From the human T2T-CHM13v2.0 reference genome, Homo sapiens, in assembly GCF_009914755.1 (NCBI RefSeq), contig NC_060926.1: 64,000 nt of DNA; one strand, given 5' to 3'. A model generated the notes under the pieces. That model saw only the letters and a list, made by a program, of their open reading frames with translations, ran no database searches and was not told the origin of the DNA. Shown here piece after piece: positions 23,242 to 38,132 of the stretch (its first letter is position 1; each line of letters opens with the position of its first letter). The position numbers were made by a program, and so were the translations under genes.

Positions 23242-25652
23242 TGTTTGTTGGCCACATAAATGTCTTCTTTTGAGGAGTGTCTGTTCATATCCTTTGCCCA
23301 TTTTTTGATGGGGTTGCTTTTTCCTTATAAATTTATTTAAGTTCCTTGCAGATTCTGGATATTAGACCTTTGTCAGTGGGTAGATTGCAAAACTTTTCTC
23401 GCATTCTGTAGGTTGCCTGTTCACTCTGACACTAATTTCTTTTGCTAGGCATAAACTCTTTAGTTTAATTAGATCCCATTTGTCAATTTTGGCTTTTGCT
23501 GCAATTGCTTTTAGTGTTTTAGTCATGAAGTCTTTGCCCATGCCTATGTCCTGAATGGTATTGCCTAGGTTTTCTTTTAGGGTATTTATGGTTTTGGGTT
23601 TTACATTTAAGTCTTCAATCCATCTTGAGTTAATTTTTGTATAAGGTGTAAGGAAGGGGTCCAATTTCGTTTTCTGCATATGGCTAGCCAGTTTTCCCAG
23701 CACCATTTATTAAATAGGGAATTCTTTCCCCATTGCTTGTTTTTGTCAAGTTTGTCAAAGATCAGATGGTTGTGGATGTGTGGTTTTATTTCTAAGGTCT
23801 CTGTTCTGTTCCACTGGTCTATATATCTGTTTTGGTGCCAGTACCATGCTGTTTTGGTTACTGTAGTCTTGTAGTATAGTTTGAAGTCAGATAGTGTGAC
23901 GCCTCCAGCTTTGTTCTTTTTGCTTAGGATTGTCTTGGCTATACAGGCTCTTTTTGGTTCCTTATGAAATTTAAAGTAGTTTTTCTAATTCTGTGAAGAA
24001 AGTCAATGGTAGCTTGATGGGGATAGCATTGAATCTGTAAATTACTTTGGGCAGTATGGCCATTTTCATGGTATTGATTCTTCCTATCCATGAGCATGGA
24101 ATGTTTCTCCATTTGTTTGTGTCCTCTCTTATTTCCTTAAGCAGTGGTTGGTAGTTCTTCCTGAAGAGGTCCTTAACATCCCTTGTAAATTGTATTCCTA
24201 GGTATTTTCTTCTCTTTGTAGCAATTGTGAATGGGAGTTCATTCATGATTTGGCTCTCTGCTTGTCTATTGTTGGTGTATTGGAATGCTTGTGATTTTTG
24301 CACATTGATTTTGTATCCTGAGACTTTGCTGAATTTGCATATCAGCTTAAGGAGTTTTTGGGCTGAGACGATGGGGTTTTCTAAGTACACAATCATGTCA
24401 TCTGCAAACAGAGGCAATTTGACTCCCTGTCTTCCTATTTGAATACCTGTATTTCTTTCTCTTGCCTGATTGCACTGGGCATAACTTCCAATACTACGTT
24501 GAATAGTAGTGGTGAGAGAGGGCATCCTTATCTTGTGCCAGTTTTCAAAGGGAATCCTTCCAGCTTTTGCCCATTCAGTATGATATTGGCTATAGGTTTG
24601 TCACAAATAGCTCTTATTATTTTGAGATATGATCCATCAATACCTAGTTTATTGAAAGTTTTTAACATGAGGAGATGTTGAATTTTATCAAAGGCCTTTT
24701 CTGCATCTATAGAGATAATCATGTGGTTTTCGTCACTGGTTCTGTTTATGTGAGGGATTACATTTATTGATTTGCATATATTGAACCAGCCTTGCATCCC
24801 TGGGATGAAGCCAACTTGATCGTGGTGGATAAGCTTTTCGATGTGCTGCTCATCATCACTGATCATTAGGGAAATGCAAATCAAAACCACACTGAGATAC
24901 CATCTCATGCCAGTCAGAATGGTGATTATTAAAAAGTCAGGAAACAATAAATGCTGGCAAGGCTGTGGAGAAATAGTAATGCTTTTACACTGTTGGTAGG
25001 GGTGTAAATTAATTCAACCGTTGTGGAAGACAGTGTGGTGATTCCTCAGGGATCTAGAACCAGAAATACCATTTGACCCAGTAATCCCATTACTGAGTAT
25101 ATACCCAAAGGATTATAAATCATTCCACTATAAAGACACATGCACACTTAGGTATATTGCAGCACTATTTACAATAGCAAAGACTTGGAACCAACCCAAA
25201 TGCACATCAATGATAGACTGGATAAAGAAACTGTGACAGATACACACCATGGAATACTATGCAGCCATAAAAAAGAATGAGATCATGTCCTTTGCAGGGA
25301 CATGGATGAAGCTGGAAGCCATCATTCTCAGCAAACTAACACAGGAACAGAAAACCAAACACCACATGCTCTTACTCATAAGTGGGAGTTGAACAATGAG
25401 AACACATGGACACAGGAAGGGGAACAACACATACCGGGGCCTGTTGGCGGGTGGGGAGCAAGGGAAGGGAGAGCATTAGGACAAATACCTAATGCATGCA
25501 AGGCTTAAAACCTAGATGACAGGTTGATAGGTGCAGCAAACCACCATAGCACATGTATACCTATGTAACAAACCTGCACATTCTGTACATGTATCCTAGA
25601 ACTTAAAGTAAAATAAAAGAAAAAGAAAATGGGGACAGAAAGCATAAAAAAA
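23242..25652 (+). mobile_element. L1PA (about PA7/8-like), 5'-truncated with 5' inversion: antisense ORF2 segment about 23242-24850, sense 3' ORF2/3' UTR/polyA about 24847-25652
   Basis: Minus-strand ORFs carry L1 RT motifs ([23 protein letters not shown]); orientation flips at about 24848; TSD aagaatgata at 23232-23241 and 25653-25662. Confidence 0.95.
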
Positions 25653-26161
25653 AAGAATGATAACATTCTGGAGGAAGACTGAGGGAAGAATTCTCTAAAG
25701 TTAATCTAAATACTAATTGTCTGAATAGTTCAGTTTTTACTGAAGAACTTCTTCTGTCTGCAATATCAGAGAAATGTAACAACTATTCAATGAAGGATAC
25801 GGTGCTAAGTGCTGGACAGAAGATAAAGATGAATATAACACAGTCTTTGCTCTTTAAAACCACAGTAGCGAGTTTATGTATTCAACAGCTTACAGACTGG
25901 TTTTTCTACTCCTGTAGAGGAAATTGATATAATGGCAATGATAAGAAGCAATAGAAATGTGGGTTTGCAGTACAGCCTCTGAAATCTAACTCTTGACAAT
26001 GGCATATATTAGCTGTCAGATCTTAGGCAAGTTACTCAACTCTCAGTTTCTTCATCTGTGAAATGGGGCTATTAATATCTCATAGGTATGTTCAGATTTA
26101 AGGAGATTATCTAAAGCATTCAACATAATACTCAATAGAGTGAGTGTTCAAAGAATTCAGC

Positions 26162-26348
26162 CTTCATTACCTCCATCAACACCACTTACATCACTACCAC
26201 CACCTCTATCATTACCCCACCTTCATCACCACCACCACACCACCCCCTCAACTGCTATCCCTACCACCATCGCCTCACCACCACTTTCATTACTACCATT
26301 ACCTTCATCACCATCACCACCATCACTGCCCATCACCACCATCACCAA
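26162..26348. repeat. Degenerate (CAC/CAT)n trinucleotide low-complexity repeat
   Basis: caccaccacc/catcaccatcacc runs; source of spurious His/Pro/Thr-rich ORFs. Confidence 0.85.
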
Positions 26349-26463
26349 TAAGCAGGGCAGCATGTATCCAGTATAAAGATTCTATGTCTGTAGCTTTGGT
26401 CTAATGGACATTTTCAGATCAGCAGTGATCGCACTGTGTTATTTACAAATGACTTCATTTCAG

Positions 26464-26615
26464 GACTCACCCTTGGTGCTGGTCTCAGCCTAGCCCAGGT
26501 GAAGGACATTTTGGCTGATGTAGTCCAGAAGCTTCCAGAGGAGAAGACACAGATGTACCATGCTCTCCTGAAGCATTTGGGAACTCTGGCTGGGTCCCAG
26601 ATCAGGAACATGGCT
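26464..26615 (+). CDS. AOX1: AOX1 exon 11 ([51 protein letters not shown])
   Basis: cag| ... GCT|gtatgt, 152 nt; AGxQIRNxA motif. Confidence 0.97.
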
Positions 26616-26800
26616 GTATGTATCTGATGACAGTAAACTCTGGTATGCATCCCTTGGGTGACTCTCCCTGATGAATCATGACATTTTCATTCTTTTGGAA
26701 CAGACAAAAAAAATAGTTCTCCAAAGCCTTGCTTAATCCTTATTTTAGCACTTGCTTTTTTATGATTACATAAATGAAAATAACTCATTATTTTTAAAAG

Positions 26801-26894
26801 TCTTTAGGGGGACACATCATTAGCAGGCATCCAGATTCAGATCTGAATCCCATCCTGGCTGTGGGTAACTGTACCCTCAACTTGCTATCAAAAG
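26801..26894 (+). CDS. AOX1: AOX1 exon 12 ([31 protein letters not shown])
   Basis: aag| ... G|gtaagt, 94 nt; only this acceptor keeps the frame (SLGG...SDL motif). Confidence 0.95.
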
Positions 26895-27542
26895 GTAAGT
26901 GACAGCCCCTACTTGGAGATTATTAAGCTGTTTCTCTACCCCTTTTTCTCTCTGGGGAGGCAGGAAATCCAGTCTTGAAAATGACTTTTCCCTATAATAT
27001 CAATACATTTCTCTGCTTTTCTGGATACTGGAAATTTTGTGAGTCTTGTCTTAATAGCACAGGCTTTCTTCCCCTGTGTCTTTCTGGTTTTTTGTTTGTT
27101 TGTTTGTTTTTCCTCATACTGGTCACCCTACACTGGACATGTTTGTGTTGGTTAATGTCCGGATGTGATCTGATTATTGCTGGGAACTACATACTATTGA
27201 GAACTATTGGGTCCCTTTGTTGAAGACATTCTCCAGGTGGTACAGGAGTGTTGTGGCACCCACATCGTGCTTTGAGCTCACACTTAATTTATCATTGATG
27301 GAAACATACAGGTCTTTTTCAGGTGAAAAATGATTGGGCCTCATTCTATATTTATTTACTTGATTTTTGTTATTAAAACTAAGTCCACAACATCTAATTT
27401 ATCGCTTCTTCCAACTTGCTTGAAAATTATTAGGAAGTTCTAATTGGTCCTCTGTAAATTTGTGGGGTTTTTTTTCGTTAAAAAATATGGACTAGTTTTC
27501 TATCATCTGCATTGTTAAATACTTACTCTTCATACCATTTAA

Positions 27543-27897
<355 letters not shown>

Positions 27898-28322
27898 TGA
27901 GTAACATCCCCTAGAAGTCATACTATGAGAAACAGGTTTGTGATGTGAATATAGACATCAAAAGCTTCTTAGCTTTCAGTATTTTGTTATAGTTTTAAAC
28001 TGTTCCTCTTCCTTATATATTAATTAAAGAACTAAAATTCTTCAGGTGTTGGAACAAGATATAAAAAAGTAAGATAACATCTCAGTAGTATACAAATTTA
28101 TTAAAGATAATTTCTTATTCATGACTGTATCTAGTGGGGTTCCTGGTTATAAACAATAAATATTTGTTGGCTGACTTGATCAGAATATCAAAAGAGATAT
28201 TAATATTTACTCCCTACTTGTAAAGTTTTAAGTGAATTGTGTTGTCAGGAAGAGGACTGCTAAGGTTCTATTCTACCTGAAACTCTGGGCTACTCTGTGA
28301 GATCTTTTCATCTATTTTTTAA

Positions 28323-28713
<391 letters not shown>

Positions 28714-28863
28714 TAGGGTAAAAGATTTGCGAAGCATAGGAAGAGCACCTGTTTCCCTGAACAACCGGTTTCCTCAGGTATTTGGTAGAATTACTTCCTA
28801 AGTTTTGGAAGTTTATTTAACAGACCAAACAGATCCCAGGGAAAGTGTCATTTCTTTCCACAG

Positions 28864-28973
28864 AAGGAAAACGACAGATTCCTTTAAATGAGCAATTCCT
28901 CAGCAAGTGCCCTAATGCAGATCTTAAGCCTCAAGAAATCTTGGTCTCAGTGAACATCCCCTACTCAAGGAAG
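28864..28973 (+). CDS. AOX1: AOX1 exon 13 ([37 protein letters not shown])
   Basis: cag| ... AAG|gtgaga, 110 nt. Confidence 0.96.
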
Positions 28974-29136
28974 GTGAGAACATCCCACTGTCAATTTCCC
29001 AGTTGCACCTGTGATGCTATGGCTTGTTTATTCCAGTATATGGTGGAATAAGAAAAAGGGTGAAGTGTTTATGTGGGAGATAAAGGCTCAACTTCAGGAA
29101 GTGGTATGAGGTCATTATTTTAAGACTTGTGAATAG

Positions 29137-29526
<390 letters not shown>

Positions 29527-29897
29527 TAAAGTAACTTTCTAAAAGGTTTTTGTCCCATAAGCCTTTCTCCCTAAATATGACATGAAGAGTATGCCTCTAC
29601 CTATATCTTGGGTTTTGAAAAAAGCCTAAAAATACATTTGCAATAGAACTTATTGGAAAAAACATGAGGCTTTGCATGAGATAGAGTCAGGTTTGAATCC
29701 TGGTTTCAAGGCCTGAACTAATTACTGAATCCTTCTGCGCCTTGGATTCCTCATCTGTAAAATGGGAATAATCAAGCCTGCCTCAGAGGATGTATTAGTT
29801 TGCTAGGGCTACCATAACAAAGAACCACACACTGGGTGGCCTCAACAACGGAGAATGATTTTCTGGAGATGCTGGGGGCTGCATATCTGATATCAAT

Positions 29898-30051
29898 GTG
29901 ATACTCAACATACACATACCGTCCAGCACGTAGGTGATGCTCAACACACACACACTACCTGGTGTGTAGGTGACACTCAACACACACAGACTGCCCGGTG
30001 TGTAGGTGATACTCAAGACACACAGACTGCCCAGTGCATAGGTGATGCTCA
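29898..30051. repeat. 36-bp minisatellite, about 4.3 copies
   Basis: Units start at 29898, 29934, 29970, 30006 and 30042; consensus about gtgatactcaacacacacagactgcccggtgtgtag. Confidence 0.92.
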
Positions 30052-30087
30052 GTGTTTCTACATGTGCCACTTAACTGTTTCTTTCAG

Positions 30088-30272
30088 TGGGAATTTGTGT
30101 CAGCCTTCCGACAAGCCCAGCGACAGGAGAATGCGCTAGCGATAGTCAATTCAGGAATGAGAGTCTTTTTTGGAGAAGGGGATGGCATTATTAGAGAGTT
30201 ATGCATCTCATATGGAGGCGTTGGTCCAGCCACCATCTGTGCCAAGAATTCCTGCCAGAAACTCATTGGAAG
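30088..30272 (+). CDS. AOX1: AOX1 exon 14 ([61 protein letters not shown])
   Basis: cag| ... AG|gtaagg, 185 nt; visible in ORF 30052..30276. Confidence 0.97.
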
Positions 30273-30474
30273 GTAAGGCATTAGAAGTAAGGGCTCCTCT
30301 AATACTTGTCCTTAGACTCCAAGTATTAGAGGAGCCCTTTTTGTGGTGAGATGTGATTACAAGAAGAAAAGTGTTCCATACCTTTCTATTTAATGGCTGG
30401 GAATTCCAATAAGATTTTGTTATTATTTCCATATGTCTTGATGTTAGTGAATTCTGAAGTGGGAATTATATACT

Positions 30475-30475
<1 letters not shown>

Positions 30476-30524
<49 letters not shown>

Positions 30525-30537
30525 CAGACAGACAGAG
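30476..30537. repeat. Compound (TG)n(AG)n(ACAG)n microsatellite
   Basis: Direct reading. Confidence 0.92.
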
Positions 30538-31282
30538 AAGCCCTCCCTCAACAGTGCAAATTTGTATTCTTTATTTTGGGAGAATAATTTGCCATGATGA
30601 AAAACCAATTATGTGAGTTTGTTCTATAATAAATTGTTAAAGGCATTTGCTTACCTGACTTCCTATATCTAAAGATGACACTAATAGCTAATATTTCTTG
30701 AGCATTACTTGGTATCAGCTGCCATAACAAAGCATAGTGATTAAAAGCATGAGCTTTAAAACTTGAGAAAGGCAGACTGGCCAAAATCTCAGTTTACCCT
30801 CTGTTAACTCCTCCATGCTCTCAGTCAGCTTACTTAATTATATTGGTACTTTGGTTCCCTAGCTGTCAAAGATGGGTGATCATACCTACCTCACAGGGCA
30901 GTTGAGAGGATTAAATGAGTGAATACATATAAGGTGCTAAAAGCAGATCTTGGCATGCAATAAATGTCCTAGTGAGGACATTTATTAGTGAGTAAATGAG
31001 GGTCAGTTACTCCTGGACTGTGGATTTTATATGAGTTGTCATTTATTTCTCTAGATCATTCTGTGAGTTGGGTTCTAATATTCCCCTTTTACAGGTGAGG
31101 ACATGGCGAGACCCAGGCTAGCCACCTTGAGAATGGTGGGCCAATTTGAACTCGGGCTGCCTGATCCAGAGCTTGTACTCTTATTTCCTGTATTAAACTA
31201 TGGCTATTTGTCTTACCCATTAGATGAAGATATGGGGTAATAAACCCTGTCAGGCTAGGAGTCTTCTCTTTGGACTTTCCAG

Positions 31283-31445
31283 GCACTGGAACGAACAGAT
31301 GCTGGATATAGCCTGCAGGCTTATTCTGAATGAAGTCTCCCTTTTGGGCTCGGCGCCAGGTGGGAAAGTGGAGTTCAAGAGGACTCTCATCATCAGCTTC
31401 CTCTTCAAGTTCTACCTGGAAGTGTCACAGATTTTGAAAAAGATG
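31283..31445 (+). CDS. AOX1: AOX1 exon 15 ([54 protein letters not shown])
   Basis: cag| ... ATG|gtaaac, 163 nt; APGG..F.R.L..SF.FKFY motif. Confidence 0.97.
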
Positions 31446-32492
31446 GTAAACAACTGTTTACACATTAACTTCCCCAGTACTGGGAGCTATGATGACACCA
31501 AAAGTAGAGGCAATGACTCCCTACCAAATAGCTGTAGAATAAAAAAGACAATCCACATTAGAAACACACGTACTTGCTGAACATCCCTCAGCCTGTCTGT
31601 GGGTGGGTATGAGTTTAGGGAAGAATTGAAAGTAGAGCCAAGAGTTGATCAAGCTTTTATTTAACACCACTCAATTATTTGGTTTCTGACTGGTAGTTTT
31701 TCCAGATCATGTTCAGAAAACTTGCTAATGATTTGGGTATGTTTTCCCTCTGTATGTCATTTCTTTCTCTTGAGCTATTACCTTCACGTTGAGGTTGACT
31801 TCATGTGTTTGGTGTTCTTTTCCAGATTCAGCTTCATTTCCCTAGCCCGTAAGGTGGCCATGATGGCAGCCACTGCACAAGATGACTGTGAAATGCGTCA
31901 TTGTAGGAAAAGGGCTTCATATGGTCCCTAGTGCTTCAGAGGAAATCTGTAGTAGTAGTCATAATAATAGTAGTGACAATCCATGCATTCTTTTGCCTGG
32001 TCTCTCTTAGGGCAAACAATTAAAGCTACAAGATTCTTGGCTGGGGAGGACACAACTAAAAAAAATTCTCTGAATAAATCCATTAGACCCAAAGGAGACT
32101 TGAGCCTCATTGGCCTCACAAACCCCATGCTATAACCAGCTGACCAAAACAGACTGGAAGCCAAGAACAGTCTTCCTGTGGTATAGAAGTTAGTATGGTC
32201 ACTTTAAATAGGAGACACAAAGTCCTCTCTTATCCTTGCTTTTGAGGGTATCTTCTCAGTGTAGGTGGGAGCAACTAGGAACCAGAAGGGTAGTATCACA
32301 TTATTAAGAATGAAAATTTGAAATCATAGATAAGTGACATATTGTCACCAGGTAACCAATTATAGACTCCTCCAATTAGTAGCAAACTAATATAATTTCT
32401 GGGTGACTCAAGCGATGTAATTTAAAACTTTTGCCTTGTAGTCTTATACCCCTCCTCTCTTTAAAAATAATAGCTTTTGTTGGTTTTATTTA

Positions 32493-32783
<291 letters not shown>

Positions 32784-33448
32784 TGGTTTTATTTTCTATT
32801 AAAATTATGTAAATTAGAAAAAATAACCACCATGTGTATTGTTGAAAGCCTTTCCCCCCATCCGGCTCTAGGCTGTGCAATGTTCAGTCTTGTGTAAAGA
32901 ACCGAATGACTCACTTCCCTCAGTCCTGAGGAATGTTCTTGCTGGGGACCAGAATCCTTCCCCTGTAGGGCAGCGACAGGGATGCAGCCTGTGTCCCCCT
33001 TTCTACACAGCTGGCAGGCAACATGGAACCTTTATGCTTATTTGCAATGGTGTACTTTGACTCTGATGTTTTCCTGGCTTAAGTATTTTCTTCCTTTCTA
33101 TTTTATTTACTTAGCTTCTATCTTCTTGTTGGATCAGTTTGTAAGTCCTCATATCATTTAGGAGAGTATATGAGAGAATCATAAGAAACATAGAGCTGGT
33201 GGAAGCCAGTTACCTACCGTATTCATCTGGCTATTCATAATATGAGGAAATATGTATGCACCTTTCAGAGTATATGTCCTTGAGTCAGGGAGCTGCTTGT
33301 ATTTCTGGGGTTCTGAATAGGGTGAGTGCTTAATATACGTGAGACTTCAGAGTAGAGATGCTTGCTAAGACTCATGCTAGCCTCACTTCCAAAATCATTC
33401 TGGTGCATTCAAACTATTTAAAATATCTGCAATGGTTCTACTTTTCAG

Positions 33449-33541
33449 GATCCAGTTCACTATCCTAGCCTTGCAGACAAGTATGAAAGTGCTTTAGAAG
33501 ATCTTCATTCCAAACATCACTGCAGTACATTAAAGTACCAG
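33449..33541 (+). CDS. AOX1: AOX1 exon 16 (DPVHYPSLADKYESALEDLHSKHHCSTLKYQ), linker
   Basis: cag| ... CAG|gtgagc, 93 nt, phase 0-0. Confidence 0.94.
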
Positions 33542-36500
33542 GTGAGCGGTATTTCTTGTTTTTAAAAATTCACAATCTGGGCTATAGTGATTTGACCTGG
33601 ACATTCCCACTGTCTCTCCGTGAAACTCAAGCTCTGTAAGTCCAAGCTCCACTTCTGGTAAACTCACAGCCTCTTTATGGGTAACTAAAATTCCAAAATC
33701 AATGAAGAATTTGATTAAAGACAAATCTAGCAGTGGTAATATTAAAGAAGAATGTTGATTTGGGTCTTAAAGGTTACGTGCTTTGCACTGTGGCCTTGTA
33801 CCACAGACACGCATGAGATGGCCACCTTGTCACGTGTTTTCTGCCCTGGGCACTGCAGGCATCAGAGTCCAATAAAGCCACGCTCTGCGGCAAGGCCATG
33901 GGCTGCTTTGCTTTCATTTTCAGAGGAAAAGACACAGCCCCTAGAGGTTGATGAAAATTCAATAATGCTTTTAAAAAGAACTGCTGATTTGTTTAGCTTG
34001 AATGTTAAGATATTTTACTCCCTTAGTCTCTATTCTTCTAGTGATTTTTCTGTGAGTTACATTTTAGAGTTGAATCAAACGTAAGTACTAAGAGCTTTTT
34101 GTGCTCTCGTAATGAAGGCTATTAGAAAACAGGATTCCTAACTCTCAAATGGAATTTTCTGCCACATCATAAAAATATGCCTGAAGTCACCCTGTTGGTA
34201 AAGTGGATACAGTTTGGTGGGTTTTTCCTTGAAATTATTATCAGGAAACTTGACCTCGAGAGTTTTAGTAAGTCAAGAACATGAAAAGGCTTTTTAAAGC
34301 ATTTGTTCACTGAAACTATTGTTGGATTTGGTTGTGAAAGCTTATAGTATGTCGTAATGAACATTGACGTTGGTGTGTATTCCTTGAGGTTTTAGGTTCA
34401 ATATGTTTAAAAATTAAAATGCACCAAACTCCATTGAAAATGATTGTTTTGAAAGTTAAAAACAGCTGCCATCTCCCCGGTGTTCTTTTCAAATATGATA
34501 GTTGAACCCTTTGGCTTATAAATACCCTAATATTTCTTAGACAATGGAATAAACTTCAGAAAGAAACAACAACAAATTAATGGATATTGAAATCATCCAA
34601 AGAAAAAGGAAAATCTTCACATAGTGCATGATCTTGAATGAGAGTTTATCATTGATTGCAAAACAAAGTTTTAGATGCAATATGTCTGCCACATAGATGA
34701 GTTTTGTTTTTGATTTGCCCGTGGTTTTTCACACACACATACAAACATCCACATTGCTAGAGCAACGTCAGCACTCACGAAGAGCATTTTTCCCCTAAAT
34801 CAGTTCATTTGCTTTGAAAATATTTTGACACAGCTTCAAAAGATCACCAGTTTGAGGAGACAGCATTCTTCCTTCCATAGTATCTTTAGCCAAATACTAA
34901 GCAGAAGCAGGTAATTGAGGACAGCTTCTTTCACCAGTAGATTTATCACAACTAACTGCAAAAAAAAAAAAAAAAAAAAAAAAAATGTATGATATCTTTG
35001 ACGGTAGGACAAAGACATTTTTTGGAATTTTTCCTCAGTTTTTTGGCAGGCCTCACACAACATGGTTTCAAAAGACTTTTTTTCAATGTGATGAAGTGTT
35101 TTGTTTGTTACAGTGAAATGTGTTATGTCAGTTAACTCCCAGACCCATTACATTACAGATACCTATGAATGTCTTTCCTTAATGTCTGAGCTTATGAATT
35201 ATCTGGAATTTTGCTTTTCAGGATGAAAAAACTTCTTAGGGTTTTAAAAAGAAGATGTGGGTGATTTTTTTTCACTCAAATGTGGTTCAGGTTGAGAGCC
35301 CAAGCAGCATCACAGCTCAGCACTTTGGGGGATATTTTGCAGAGGAAGTCAATTCCTACCATCTGCAACATATGAAAAACCACACCTGGTAGAACCTCAT
35401 TGTTGGTTTTTCCTTTTCATCACTATCTCAGCTCCTCGAAGCAGAGGGGGAAGAGGAGAACTGAGGGGATTCCTTTGCCATGGGGACAGGGCAGTGTGAG
35501 CTACGTCAATAGAGCTGGAGTGTTGGGACTGTCTCCAATCTGTGCTCATGCCTGAACCCCAATAAGTAAACTTTTCTCTCATTTTCCCTAGTCCCCTACA
35601 TTCGTGGCCTAATATCTACCTTTATTTAATGGAGCCCTGGGCCAAGGTCTAAATTATTTTTCTCGATAGTCTCCTGCTTTCTAGCTGATAAAGTCAGGAT
35701 GACTCAACAATAACTGAAAATGAAAAAACAAAAACTTAGTCAATACTCCGTTTTTTGTTCACTGTATTATACTAACTACAAAACTGAAGTTTACATTTAA
35801 GTAAAAGAAATATGAAATTAGAACAATAAATGCTTATCAACAGTGTTTGTTTTGCAGCAAAACAGTAAATTTTATATAAAATAGGAATAAATGCATCCTA
35901 CACACATGTCTTATACCAAGTTAATTGTAGAAATTACACTACTTTCTGTGCATAGTTGTCAGCCACAATTTGGTTGACATTTTACTTCTTGTCATTTATG
36001 TTATGAAAATAATATGGTTTTTTTATTTTCAAATCAATGTTGAACATGTTCTGAAATAACACATGCCACTCTGCCGTTCTCTCCTGATATTCCAGCCCTG
36101 CCACCTGCCTGGAGAATCTCTGATCTCTATCTCCAGCCAGAGGTTTTTTGTTTTTTTGAGGCCCTTAAGTAGTTGGGTAGTGAGTGGGGAGCACTCTTCT
36201 CGAGTTCCTGGAGCAGCAGAGGGCACTGGAGAACTGTACATTTCACAGCTGTCTTAAGTAAAGCTCTCATTATAACCAGAGGTCTCCTCCATTTGTGGGA
36301 TTAGATGAATTAAATCCAAATGTTCAGAAAGGAAAGCAAAACATCTGCATGAAAAGGAAATGTGTTAATCGGGGGGATCCAGACAGCTTGTCTTCAGTTC
36401 CATAGAGCAAGAGCCTTGGAGCACTTTCACTGGACCAGGGCGGACTTTGAAACAGGAAACCCTGCAGTGAAGAGTGAGATGAAATACCATTTTAGACGGA

Positions 36501-37594
36501 TTCAAGTATCTAACTTATTGTTCATATGTGCTGAATAGGCTTTCTCAAACTGCACATTCTGGTAATCAAATACAAAAGAATTTAGCTTTTCTCCCCGCTC
36601 AGATGCCTTAAAGGATGCTATGTTGGAAATAGGCCTGTTTCTTCTTTTTTCTCCCAGTAAAGATTTTTAACCAGTATGTGTTGGCGACTTGTTCTCTCTT
36701 CCCTCCTGCCATATGATGTGTAGCCTGGCATTGTAAGTCTCATCTAAAAGGAAGATCCAGGGCTCAGGGTGATCCTGTGAGCTGCAGGATGGGAAGGGGA
36801 GGTGTCCATAGCTTTTCTCTGACCTTAACCTGGCCAACATGACTGCATGCCCCTCACCCCCAGGTCTTCCAGAGAAAGCCTCTGGGAGTCTGGCCTCAGT
36901 CCCAGTACCGAGTGCAATGTTGACACAGTGAGTTACAGATGGGGGTACCCGCCAGGGCTTAGCAGGCCACTCCTCAGCCACAGCCTTCACCCTGGCCTTA
37001 TGTCTGTCTCTTCACCTGCTCTCCTTCTTTCTTCATATCTTCAGTTCTTTTCACAATACACACCCGACTGGGAAAGCCATAAATTCCCATATTTGAAACA
37101 CCAGGGCAGACATTGTGCTGATTAATGTCTGCTTTGATTAATGAAACACATTTAAGGTATTTACAGAGCCAACAGCAAGATATTCTGCTCCATGGGGCTC
37201 TAAGAAAGAGCAACATTAGTGGATCATTACTCCAATTGCAGGTCCCTTTGGCTTCATTCTCTATCAGGATTGTCTAAGTTAAGAGTTTTGCCAATTATTT
37301 CTTATATTTCCTCACTCAAAATTGAAAAAAAGAAGGCTATTCTGGTTGAAGTAATACCCTCAGTATTTTCTACAAACATAGTCACGATATCATCATACTC
37401 TTCTGTAAAATATTATATGTATCGTGCTTATATAGAAACAGTAAAGTCATTTTGATAATAAAATTTAAAGAGATACATAAGCATTAGCAAGAGGACATAA
37501 TTTTGTATTGTCAAGAAGAAAGATTTAAATTTGTTTACTTACACAAATGGAATTTCCATTTGAGATGTTTGGGGTCTACATTCAAAAAAAGTGA

Positions 37595-37991
<397 letters not shown>

Positions 37992-38132
37992 CAATAGTGC
38001 TTTTTCATATGCAAAAGTATTCTGGTTTGAGTCTAAATTATATAGCTACCTTCTTATGGGAAATGTGCATAATAATAATTCCTACTTTCTCTATAGAAAT
38101 GTAAAAGTATATTTTGGTTATTTATTAAACAG

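Noticed and set aside
23362-24947. Reverse-transcriptase-like ORFs as an independent antisense gene
   Set aside because: These are frameshifted fragments of L1 ORF2 within the inverted L1; ORF 24528..24947 is an artefactual fusion across the inversion junction.
26140-26404. His-rich and Pro/Ser-rich ORFs
   Set aside because: Translations of a degenerate (CAC/CAT)n repeat.
29898-30051. 36-bp periodic repeat as a CRISPR array
   Set aside because: Units are head-to-tail with no unique spacers, there are no cas genes, and the context is a human intron.
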